A DNA stretch of 64,000 nucleotides from Octopus sinensis (taxonomy: Eukaryota), in NCBI RefSeq assembly GCF_006345805.1, contig NC_043009.1, positions 68,758,001-68,822,000 of the forward strand, written 5' to 3'. Every line of letters starts with the position of its first letter. Positions within the stretch are counted from its first letter, which is position 1. The notes under the pieces are model-generated. The model was given only the letters and a program-made list of their open reading frames with translations, was not told the origin of the DNA and made no database searches. Below, in pieces: positions 53,189 through 64,000 of this stretch. Position numbers and translations under genes: made by a program.

Positions 53189-54094
53189 TATATATTATAT
53201 ATATATAAATGTATGTATGTATGTATGTTATGTACATATGTATGTATGTATGTATTGTATATATATGTATTATTATATATATATATTATATATATATATA
53301 TATTGTATGTATGTATGTATGTATATAGACTTTGAAATATTTACGATACACGCGCAATGGCTGGAAAGTAAAGTAAAAAGAAAGAAAGAGAGTAAAGAAT
53401 TTAATACATTTCAATGTAGAGTAAACTTTTTATTTGTAAACAGAGTATCCGACGATTGTAGAAGGATTTCTAAAAGCGGTACAACGAATCCTGGTGTCGT
53501 TGCGAAATGAATATTTCAACCACCCATGCATACATCCTCTGTTTGTGTGTGTGTGTTGTGTGAGTGCGCGCGCGCATGCGTGTGTGTGTGTGTGTGTGTG
53601 TGAGTGCGCGCGCGCATGCGTGTGTGTGTGTGTGTGTGTGTGTACTAAAATGTGAAAGAATGCAAGGTTTCTCTCCCTTAACATTTTTACATGCTATAAT
53701 TTATAGCTTTATCTGTTTCAAGTCTCGCCGTCTCACAAAAGAATCCTTTCGTATCACGTGACGTCGGTGTTATTCCTGTGACGCTAATGAGAAATAAAAA
53801 TGGTGGGAATGGCGAGATCATGTTTCAAATGACTTCCCATTTAAGCAAGTCGTTTCAATAGGCCCAATCTGACTCATAATTACTGACTGAACGATTAAAC
53901 CTCCTTTCCTCAGGCTCACAAAACTGCGCCTTCAAAACCCACTTGACTCATTTCATGAAACGCACACTCCCTGATACTTAAACACACAGCCATACATACA
54001 CACATACATACACACATACACATACATGCATGCATACTCTTGACTAGACACGTGCACTTACATACACACAAGCATACGTTTTCTCGCCTCTGTG

Positions 54095-54156
<62 letters not shown>

Positions 54157-54314
54157 GTGTGTGTGTGTGTGTTGTGTGTGTGTGTGTGTGCACATAGCTA
54201 AATAGTGGAGCGTTAGTAATTAAGGTACGTTGCGTACGTATATATGTATGTATATATGCACGCATAAGCATATGTGAATATATATGATGTCCCATTAGTA
54301 AGGTTGTATTTAGA

Positions 54315-54465
54315 GGTGTGGTAAGAAGCTTGCTTCCCAATCACTTGGTTCCGTGTTCAGTCTCACTGCTTGGCACCTTGGGCAGGTATCTTTTACTATA
54401 ACCTCAGGCTCACCAAAACCTTGCGAGTGGATTTGGTTGACAGAAACTGAAAGAAGGTCGTCGTA
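54315..54465 (+). mobile_element. SINE family A, 5' half
   Basis: Similarity to the family A head. Confidence 0.75.
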
Positions 54466-54555
54466 TATATATATATAGAGAGAGAGAGAGGGAGAGACAG
54501 ACAGAGGACAATTATGCGGATAAACAAATTAAATATATGAGCATGGGTATGATAT

Positions 54556-54591
<36 letters not shown>

Positions 54592-54593
<2 letters not shown>

Positions 54594-55467
54594 TCTTCTA
54601 TTCTTTAATTATTATAAATCTTTCACTGAAGAGGGACCCGGTTTCCAACAAAGATACAAGGCTCCATCTTTGGGATGTAGTTAACACAGACAAATTCACA
54701 TTTGGAGCCTGAGAAAAGTTTTGTATATATTTTACTATTCCACTCACAGATTGCACTTGCAATGTACGAATCAGCCGGTTGGTTTCTTTTTCTGAAAATC
54801 CCAGCTTATCCAGATTCTCCTTTAAGCATTTACTAACAAAACTTAGTGCTCCAATTATTTTTGGTATGAATATGAATTCATAGTCTGGATATAGAAGCTG
54901 GCGGTTTCGAAGAAGTTGTCCATAGATATCCTCTTTTTCTTTGATTTTCAAAGAGATATTTATATCTGCAGGGCAGCTAACATCTACGATGGCACATACT
55001 TTTGCCCCTCTGTTCCAAACAACAATATTCGGCCTGTTATGCTTACATTTGACAGAAGTTTTGATGGGAATGTTCCGCCAGTATTCTTTGAGTTGGTGTT
55101 TATGAATGTATTCCATAACAGGGGGATTTTCTAAGTTTATTTCAGGACAGTCTTTTTTGCGCATGGCATTGTAAATTGTTTTAGCGACAACATCGTGCCG
55201 CATAGGGAAGTAGTATCGTGACGACATTTTAGGACAGCTGCTAATCACATGCGTGATGTCTTCCACAGAAACATGACGTAGCCTACAAATGCGGTTGCAC
55301 CTCGGGATTACAAGAACGTCACTGTCTCTCTTGCTCACCAGGCACTTTGTGACAATCTCCTGTTCTTGGATTGCAAAAGCATAGCCTTCAAAGTGTGATG
55401 TGATGTAGTGGTTTTGTGTGCTAGAGAGGCTGCGCTTCGTGTCAATTCTACTGTCTTCTTCAAACTT
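54592..55467 (-). mobile_element. R4/Dong-type RLE-LINE, 5'-truncated; zinc knuckle, restriction-like endonuclease and 3' UTR (ORF 54598-55560)
   Basis: FEGYAFAIQEQEI; CxxCR..EDITHVISSC knuckle; RHD..AK; HNRPNIVVW...IVDVSCP..KEKEDIY (PD-(D/E)xK-like). Confidence 0.9.
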
Positions 55468-56002
55468 ATGTATGTATGTATGTATGTATGTATGTATGTA
55501 TGTATGTATGTATGTATGTATGTATGTATGAATGTCTACATGCAAACAGAGAGAAAGCAAAGACTGAAGATTTTCAGGCGATGAATATTTATGTATAAAT
55601 ATAAAGACATTTTTATATTAATAGATCAAACTTACGCAGAGTACAATGACAGAGAAAATTAAAGGGAGGGGGAGGAAGTAATGAGTTGTAAGTTCAACAG
55701 CTGTTTCGGGGGATCGGAAACACATCATAATGTTGATAGATGTATTTCACCAAAATATGCAGCACCTAATGGAAGCAAATAAACATTGGATAAATCGAGT
55801 CTCTGCCATCAGAGTAGAAAAAATCTTACATTTCAGATCATGAGACAGAGAAGTTTAAACTCTGTCGACATAATTGATTATAACTCTTGAAGATGGTACC
55901 CGAGCCTGATCTCAGTCCAAGAACTGAAATCTGTAAAAAGCTAAAAGAATGATAAAAGTCCTTCATATGCACTCGCGGCCAGACACATACATTTACACAC
56001 AC

Positions 56003-56164
<162 letters not shown>

Positions 56165-56451
56165 CCCATTGCAAACGTAAAAGTTACAAACGTAACGACT
56201 CCAACGGTTATAATGACCGTGGAGTTACCATGCACTAATAAGAAGGAGCAATTGCAATGAACTATTGCATACAGCATAAAATAAAGCTACACAGGAAAAC
56301 ATTACTGGGTTACACATCTTTACCCTACAGAAATCTCCAAAACGATAGGCAATTGATGATAAAAGCAAGACCCAAAGTACTCTAGTCTCAAATATATCCA
56401 TCTGACTAATGTTGTATAGATCGTGCAATCTAAACCATAATCCCGACGAAA

Positions 56452-56533
56452 ATGGTTACACTAATCACACTAGCTTTGTCTAATGTAGAGCGGGCAGAAC
56501 CCATGCCAACATCACTTCAGTCTGAAGATGAGG
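56452..56533 (+). CDS. Candidate coding exon (MVTLITLALSNVERAEPMPTSLQSEDE), product unknown
   Basis: aaaATGg start context, open frame and strong donor AGG|GTAAGT at 56534, in non-repetitive sequence. No homology recognised. Confidence 0.2.
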
Positions 56534-57091
56534 GTAAGTCTGGAAGTATTGATGCATTTTTGAAGATTACTGTTTCAAATAAATTCATGAATAAGCTTGA
56601 TTAAACATGAAAATAGTGAAAAAAAAATGAAAGCTAGAACCCAATCTTGTATTTAATACAACAGACGTTTATGCCGAAGTCCGGATTCTGCAATTTCTGT
56701 AACATTACTCGGTGACCTTCGCCTGCTGCGGATATGTTTCTGTGTTTTTAACACTATACGTCTATGCTAGGTACTTTCTGAAGACGAATACCGCAATTTC
56801 AACAGATTTCAACATATACGCGCTTAAACTGTGTATACAGGCGCTGATTTTGAACTGCTTCCGGTGCTAATAATGAACGAATATATATACATATACGTGT
56901 GTGTGTGTGTGTGTGTGTGTGTGTACATACATAACATATACACACATGCATGTGCATGCGTGTGAAATGTGTGTGTTCAAAATAACTATAACCCTACTTA
57001 AATACATACACACACACACAATACCAACACACACATACATACATACATACTACATACGTAATACATATTACATACATACATACATATATAT

Positions 57092-57153
<62 letters not shown>

Positions 57154-59593
57154 ATTATAAAAGGCAGATTTTATCGCCTCCCTTTGGGTTATACAAACTA
57201 CAATATAGGATTTCTTCAATCAATTTACCTACAAATTTTAAGAGTACAATGCATCGCGTCATGCCAGGTCCGTTTTTAAAATTTAAACTCCATTAAGCCA
57301 AATTTACAGAAAACTCACATTCTGGTGTGTGTGTCAAATGCTTTTCTTAGTCTGGTTTACAACCACACGCAAACGCAAACACACACACAAAGGGAGCGAA
57401 TTGTTTCACTGACGCTATCACCCTTCTCCTCCTTTGTCTTTGCAAGTTGGCAGCTATAAAAGTGAAAACAGTGAATCCGACAGCGATAAGAAACGAATTG
57501 TACCTGAATGGAGTGACAATTTAAAAACTGTCTTTCGGTGAGTTTTCTGAAGAACGGACCAAGCCACAGACTTTCCCAGAAGTAAAAGCTTAAACTATTT
57601 CTATTTACTTTTTCGAATGAGCCTATTTTAAATCATTACGCTAAACGTAAACAACCGAAAGAAAGGAGTAGTTTTGTAATATTTCCCACAATCTTAAATG
57701 AAATTAAGGCCTATTGCCATAAATATTATTATGGTATCAGAAGTCCCCAAATAACAATTCTATTGTAAAATGTTGTTGGCATATACCCAATTGAATATTA
57801 TCTCATACCCCCATTTTCTATACGATTGTTTGACAAAATTTTAATAATTTTCGAAAAGTTACCCAGCATAACAAACGAGCCCTTCTGGTATTAGCGCGCG
57901 TCGCGATGTCTAATAATTTAAAAAAAATTCCATCATATTTTTCCATTTTAATGCATTTTTTCGCTTTTATATAAGGAAGTAACTCTCTAAACATATCTAC
58001 GATGTGTCAACGATTTAAAGAAAAATTTACCTTATTTTTTTTTCAATTTTTTAATGCATTTTTTTGCTACTTTTTTTGCTATAACTCTCCTAAAAATGCT
58101 TATATAGTTATTTCCCTACACCCCGAGCAACGCCGGGCGATACTGCTATCTTATTATAAAAGGCAGATTTTATCTGCCTCCCTTTGGGAGTTATACAAAT
58201 CTACAATATAGGATTTCTTCAATTACAATTTACCTAGCAATTTTAAGAGTACAATGCATCGCGTCATGCCAGGTCCAGTTTTTTAAATTTAAACTAAACT
58301 CCAATTAAGCAAAATTTACAGAAAACTCACATTCTGGTGTGTGTGTCAAATGCTTTTCTTAGTCTGGTTTACCCACACGCAAACGCACACACACACAAAG
58401 GGAGCGAATTGTTTCACTGACGCTATCACCCTTCTCCTCCTTGGTCTTTGCAAGTTGGCAGCTATTAAAGTGAAAACAGTGAATCCGACAGCGATAAAGA
58501 AAACGAATTGGTACCTGAATGGAGTGAAAATTTAAAAACTGTTTTCTTTCGGTGAGTTTTCTGAAGAAACTGGACCAAGCCACAGACTTTCCCAGAAGAG
58601 TAAAGCCTTAGACTATTTCTATTTACTTTTTCGAATGAGCCTATTTGAAATCATTACGCTAAACGTAAACAAACCGAAAGAAAGGATAGTTTGTTATTTC
58701 CCACAATCTTAAATGAAATTAAGGCCTATTTTGCCATAAATATATTATGGGTATCAGAAAGTTACCCAGAATACAATTCTATTGTAAAATTTTGTTGTAT
58801 ACCCAATTGAATATTAGCTAATAACCCTTTTCTATAGCGATGTTGAACAAAATTTTAATAATTTTACAGAAAGTTACCCAGAATAACAAACGAGCCCTTC
58901 TGGGTATTAGCGCGCGGTCTACGATGAGTCTACGATTAAAAAAAAATTACCATCATATTTTTCCATTTTAATGCATTTTTTCGCTTTTATATAAGGGAAG
59001 TAACTCTCTAAAAATATCTACGATGTGTCAACGATTTAAAGAAAAATTTACCTTAATTTTTTTTCAATTTTAATGCATTTTTTTTGCTACTTTTTTGCTA
59101 TAACTCTCTAAAAATGCTTATATAGTTATTTCCCTTACAACCCGAGCAACGCCGGGCGATACTGCTAGTCTTATTATAAAAGGCAGATTTTATCTGCCTC
59201 CCTTTGGGAGTTATACAAATCTACAATATAGGATTTCTTCAATTACAATTTACTTACCATTATTAAGAGTACAACGCATCGCGTCATGCCAGGTCCAGTT
59301 TTTCAAATTTAAACTCCAATGAAGCAAAATTTACAGAAAACTCACATTCTGGTGTGTGTGTCAAATGCTTTTCTTAGTCTGGTTTACAGCACACGCAAAC
59401 GCACACACACAGTGGGCAACGAATAAAGTGAAACTAGATGTAATATTTGTTTCTCTCTATCATGCTTATAGATACATGAGTTAAATGTATGGGAAGCTAA
59501 CAGAGAAGAGTGAGTGAAAATGTTCTTGGAAGAGAGTAAATTAGCGACAGTATGAAACAGTGTTTATGTATAAACAGACGACACTTATATAAA

Positions 59594-59919
59594 CCCTTTC
59601 GTACCAAACCGCCCGAATTTACCTATTCATATTTAAATGAGAATATCAGAGAAGTAAATCTTTAGTACATTCGTGAAAACACGTATTATACTTCGTAAAC
59701 ACTTCAAATACAGTTTTGTACAAAAATCGAAGTGTAATTTTAATTCCGTGAATTATGGGAGATTTTTTTCCAAAATTTGTTCCTATTGTGTTTTCAAAAT
59801 TTGTAATTCTGACAAAAAATGGATACGAATTTCATTATATCAAGCAGCGAGTCAGAATTCGAAGGATTTTCTACTGAAGACCTTCATAAATCTAACTCTA
59901 TGACTGAAAAAAAAAAGCA
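59594..59919 (+). mobile_element. Left part of the piggyBac-like MITE, inside Helitron unit 3
   Basis: ccctttcgtacc terminus; colinear with 61061-61398. Confidence 0.75.
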
Positions 59920-60310
59920 TCTTTATATAAGAGTGAAGTTGTGTGTCTGTCCCGTTCGATTTAGATTCGTAACTACTCCCACATTTTGCGGTGCAGTTTA
60001 ACCAAAAGCGGGTATCTTATAGTCGTGATTCATATCGAGCCCTTCTGGGTATTAGCGCGCGTCAACGATGAATCTACGATTTTAAAAAAATTTACCATCA
60101 TATTTTTCCATTTTAATGCATTTTTTCGCTTTTATATAAGGGAAGTAACTCTCTAAAAATATCTACGATGTGTCAACGATTTAAAAAAAAATTTACCTTA
60201 ATTCTTTTCAATTTTTAATGCATTTTTTGCTATTTTTTGGCTATAACTCTCTAAAATGCTTATATAGTTATTTCCCTTACAAACCCGAGCAACGCCGGGC
60301 GATATGCTAG
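59920..60310 (+). mobile_element. Short Helitron with an alternative 5' end (type B), forming the end of unit 3
   Basis: A|TCTTTATATAAGAGTG...CTAG; repeated at 61990-62376. Confidence 0.75.
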
Positions 60311-61060
60311 TCTTATTATAAAAGGCAGATTTTATATTGCTCCCTTTGGGAGTTATACAAATCTACAATATAGGATTTCTTCAATTACAATTTACCTACC
60401 ATTTTTGAGAGTAGAATGCATCGCGTCATGCCAGGTCCAGTTTTTAAAATTTAAACTCCAATTAAGCAAATTTACAGAAAACTCACATTCTGGTGTGTTT
60501 GTCAAATGCTTTATTAGTCTGGTTTACAGCACACGCAAACGCACACACAGTGTGCAATGAATAAACTGAAACTAATTCACTGTGTGTTGACAGGTAGAAA
60601 ATAGAATGCGATAGCCGATGGCTGTGGCGATGGCGATGGCTATGGCGATGGCGATGTAATATTTGTTTCTCTCTATGACGCTCATAAAAGCATTGATGTA
60701 CATTGTGCGTGCGTGAGTGTGTGTGGGTCATTCATCACACACACGCATACACATACATAATGAGAGTGGCAAACACAAACGTTTCAAACAACTACATACA
60801 AACACGTGTGTGTTTGTTTATTATAGTAAAAAAGGCGCCAAAACACAACTCACTTATCATTCCAACACATTTGCAAAGACACACGGACGGTCGAATAACA
60901 ATACAGAAAAGGTAAATTGGTTTTTATTTTACTCTGTATATATTTTATATATAATATTATATATAGATATATGTATATATAATTGCAGTATGAAACAGTG
61001 TTTATGTATAAACAGACGACACTTATATATAGTTATTAATAAATGTATGCATCCGTTTAA

Positions 61061-61877
61061 CCCTTCGTTACCAAACCGCCCGAAAAAAAATTTTGGTTAA
61101 TGTGACCAAGCCGCCGAATTTACCTATTCATATTTAAATGAGAATATCAGAGTAAATCTCTTTAAACATTCGTGAAAACACGTATTATACTTCGTAAACA
61201 GTTCAACTACAGTTTTGTACAAAAATCGAAGTGTAATTTTAATTCCGTGAATTATGGGAGATTTTTTTCCCGAAATTTGTTCCTATTGTGTTTTCAAAAT
61301 TTGTAATTCTGACAAAAAATGGATACGAATTTCATTATATCAAGCAGCGAGTCAGAATTCGAAGGATTTTCTACTGAAGACCTTCATAAATCTAACTCTA
61401 TGACTGAAAAAAAAAGCATGTGGTATTGATCTCAACCTAAACAAAGCGAAAGAAACGATAGTTTGTTATTTCCCACAACCTTAAATGAAATAAGGCTATT
61501 TTGCCATAAAATTATTATGGGTATTAGAAAGTTACCCAGAATAACAAATTCTATCGTAAAATTTTGTTGTATACCCAATTGAATATTAGCTAATAACCCA
61601 TTTTCTATAGCGATGTTTGAACAAAATTTTAATAATTTTATATATTGTTGAATTTACCTGTATCTACCTGCAATTAGAGTCACTTTGTGACAAAAATTAT
61701 AGTATAGAATTGGTTGAGAACATTTCACTAAATTATCTTCCAAAAATCAGATTAATATATTCATAAATAAAAAAGTTATAGTTGTTTAATGAAACCAGAC
61801 TAAATTTATGATTACGTTAGAAATTAATTGAAACACATAAGGGGTGTATTTTGGTCAGAAATATAGTAACGAAAGGG
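61061..61877 (+). mobile_element. Complete non-autonomous piggyBac-like element (817 bp)
   Basis: TTAA (61057-61060)-CCCTTCGTTAC...GTAACGAAAGGG-TTAA (61878-61881); short acidic peptide start MDTNFIISSSESEFEGF at 61319. Confidence 0.8.
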
Positions 61878-61989
61878 TTAAGAAAAACCAGAAAATATTT
61901 TATTCTTTGTAAATGTTGTGTTCAAAATAACATTTTCTTTTAAGAATGTGTATATAACAAAGTATGTGTATATAACTACGTGGCTTATA

Positions 61990-62376
61990 TCTTTATATAT
62001 AAGAGTGAAGTTGTGTGTCTGTCTCCTACGATTTATATTCGTAACTACTCCCACATTTTGCGGTGCAGTTTAACCAAAAGCGGGTATCTTATAGTCGTGA
62101 TTCATATCGAGCCCTTCTGGGTATTAGCGCGCGTCTACGATGAGTCTACGATTTTAAAAAAATTTACCATCATATTTTTCCATTTTAATGCATATTTTTC
62201 GTTATTATATAAGGGAAGTAACTCTCTAAAAATATCTACGATGTGTCAACGATTTAAAAAAAATTACCTTCATTTTTTTTCAATTTTTAATGCATTTTTT
62301 CCTATTTTTTGGCTATAACTCTCTAAAAATGCTTATTTCCCTTACAAACCCGAGCAACGCCGGGCGATACTGCTAG
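61990..62376 (+). mobile_element. Short Helitron type B, forming the end of unit 4
   Basis: A|TCTTTATATATAAGAG...hairpin...CTAG|T. Confidence 0.8.
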
Positions 62377-62430
<54 letters not shown>

Positions 62431-63049
62431 TATATATATATTATATATATATATATATATACGTACGTACTTACTTGCATGAATCTTTCCAGCTATCGAA
62501 AGTAAAACTGAATCGTTTTGTGCATTTGTATTAGAAAAAAATATATTTATTCTAATGAGAAGAACATGTTGATGGTGGAAAGATGAAGTTTTTTACTCTG
62601 CTGGTTTTTAATGAATACTATAAAAAATGAAGGAGTGGAACGGTGGTATGGATGATGAGTAATACAGAATGAATTTTCGATCCCTATAAACTGCAAGTAT
62701 TACTGATAAATAGCTCGAAATATAATCATTGCATATCGCTAGTATTTTTTCCATGGTCAATGCATCAAATATGTGAATACTAACTTAACTATCTGCACAT
62801 ATGTATTGCATCTGTAAATTATTTAATTTCCAAACGATTCAAAATTTCCTGCACAAAAACATCTGGGTGTTCTTATATTTACTGATTCTTTCATCAACTT
62901 CTTTGCAAAGTACAATGAAGGTTATGCTTCACTAATGAGATTAGAATAATACTGAAACATGCCCAAAGTTGTGTCCCGTACTCGCCTGAATAATTAAAAT
63001 AGTATTGACTTCTAACATCGACACAAGACCTCGAATTTTTGGAATGAAT

Positions 63050-63405
63050 ATAGTGGGTTACCTTGAATCCAGTTTGATACAGTATTTCATCGACCCCGGA
63101 GGAATGAATGGCAGAGAGACGACCCTGTCGGAAGTTGAACTCTAAACGGAAATAGTCATATTCCAAGCGTTTTCCTCGTACTCTAAATGTTTCTTGCAAT
63201 AGGCACAAGACCTGAAATTTTGAAGGAGGATGAAGTCGATTGCTCAATTGGTTCTTATTTTATCGACCCCGAAGGTGTGAAAAGTAAAGTGGACGTCGGC
63301 GAAATTTGAACTGAGAACGTAAAGAAATTCCACCGCAGAAGGACAGGATAAACGCCTCTAAGCATTTTGTACGGCACGCCAACGATTCTGCCAGCTCGCC
63401 GCCAT
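63050..63405 (-). mobile_element. SINE family B, diverged dimer
   Basis: The head reverse complement ttctgccagctcgccgcc ends at ~63403. Confidence 0.7.
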
Positions 63406-63617
63406 GGTTAAAATAATATTAGTCAATAACTAAGTCTCTTTCAACAAAGTATGATTATTTCTAGTAAGTGTTTGATGCTCCCTGCCTTGAAATGGTAACA
63501 CTAACTTCACGAGAGTGTTCCCATATTTGGAATAGTCTATTATCTGCATGAAGTATTGTTAAAAAAACGAAATGATAAAATATTCCTGGGTTACAAGTTC
63601 AGATCCGTTCCAGACGA

Positions 63618-63844
63618 AAGGCGGCGAGCTGGCAGAATCGTTAGCGCGCCGGGCGAAATGCTTAGCGGTATTTCGTCTGCCGCCTCGTTCTGAGTTCAAA
63701 TTCCGCCGGGGTCGGCTTTGCCTTTCATCCTTTCGGGTCGATGAAATAAGTACCAGTTACGCACTAGGGGCGATATAATCGACTTAATCCGTTTGTTCTT
63801 GTTGTCCCCTCTGTGTGTAGCCCCTTGTTGGCAGTAAAGAAATA
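63618..63844 (+). mobile_element. SINE family B monomer with a perfect 17-bp TSD
   Basis: agatccgttccagacga at 63601-63617 and 63845-63861. Confidence 0.92.
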
Positions 63845-64000
63845 AGATCCGTTCCAGACGATACTTTTCGGCTTTACTCAGTCAATAAACCGGAAGTGAA
63901 TAATTCGTTACTAGCGATTGAGGTAGAATCAGTTTGAAATAGCATTCTGTAGATCTTACTTAACGTATATAGAAAGCCACAATGCTGCAGTATCTGCCTT

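Larger units (their letters stand above)
57149..62376 (+). mobile_element. Head-to-tail array of four non-autonomous Helitron units in a (TA)n tract
   Basis: Units 57149-58148, 58149-59168, 59169-60310 and 60311-62376. Each starts TC(T)TATTATAAAAGG and ends cccg-agcaacgc-cggg...CTAG. Outer flanks are A|TC and CTAG|T. Confidence 0.9.

Overview
This is repeat-dominated eukaryotic DNA, most likely intronic or intergenic. The SINE families and microsatellite content look like an octopus genome; that assignment is by recognition, not by a database search. I found no complete protein-coding gene, rRNA, true tRNA or CRISPR array. Most ORFs in the supplied track are translations of microsatellites. 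The only protein homologies I can support are transposon remnants: a CR1-like RT, four R4/Dong-type RLE-LINE fragments, an RTE-type LINE and a Tigger/pogo DDE fragment. About 30 tRNA-derived SINE pieces fall into 3-4 families, and there are several MITEs. Five observations stand out. (1) A 5.2-kb head-to-tail Helitron array (57149-62376) sits in a (TA)n tract, has CTAG|TC junctions, and carries different cargo in different units, including pieces of a piggyBac MITE. (2) All four R4/Dong copies abut (TATG)n in the same orientation, suggesting (CATA)n targeting. (3) At least five families carry minimal hammerhead-ribozyme motifs, several with non-canonical cores, including a ~235-bp retrozyme-like unit. 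(4) One RTE-type insertion has a 10-bp TSD and a twin-priming-type 5' inversion. (5) Several long fold-back palindromes lie next to (TA)n tracts. Coordinates were read by eye; ends of degenerate repeats are approximate.
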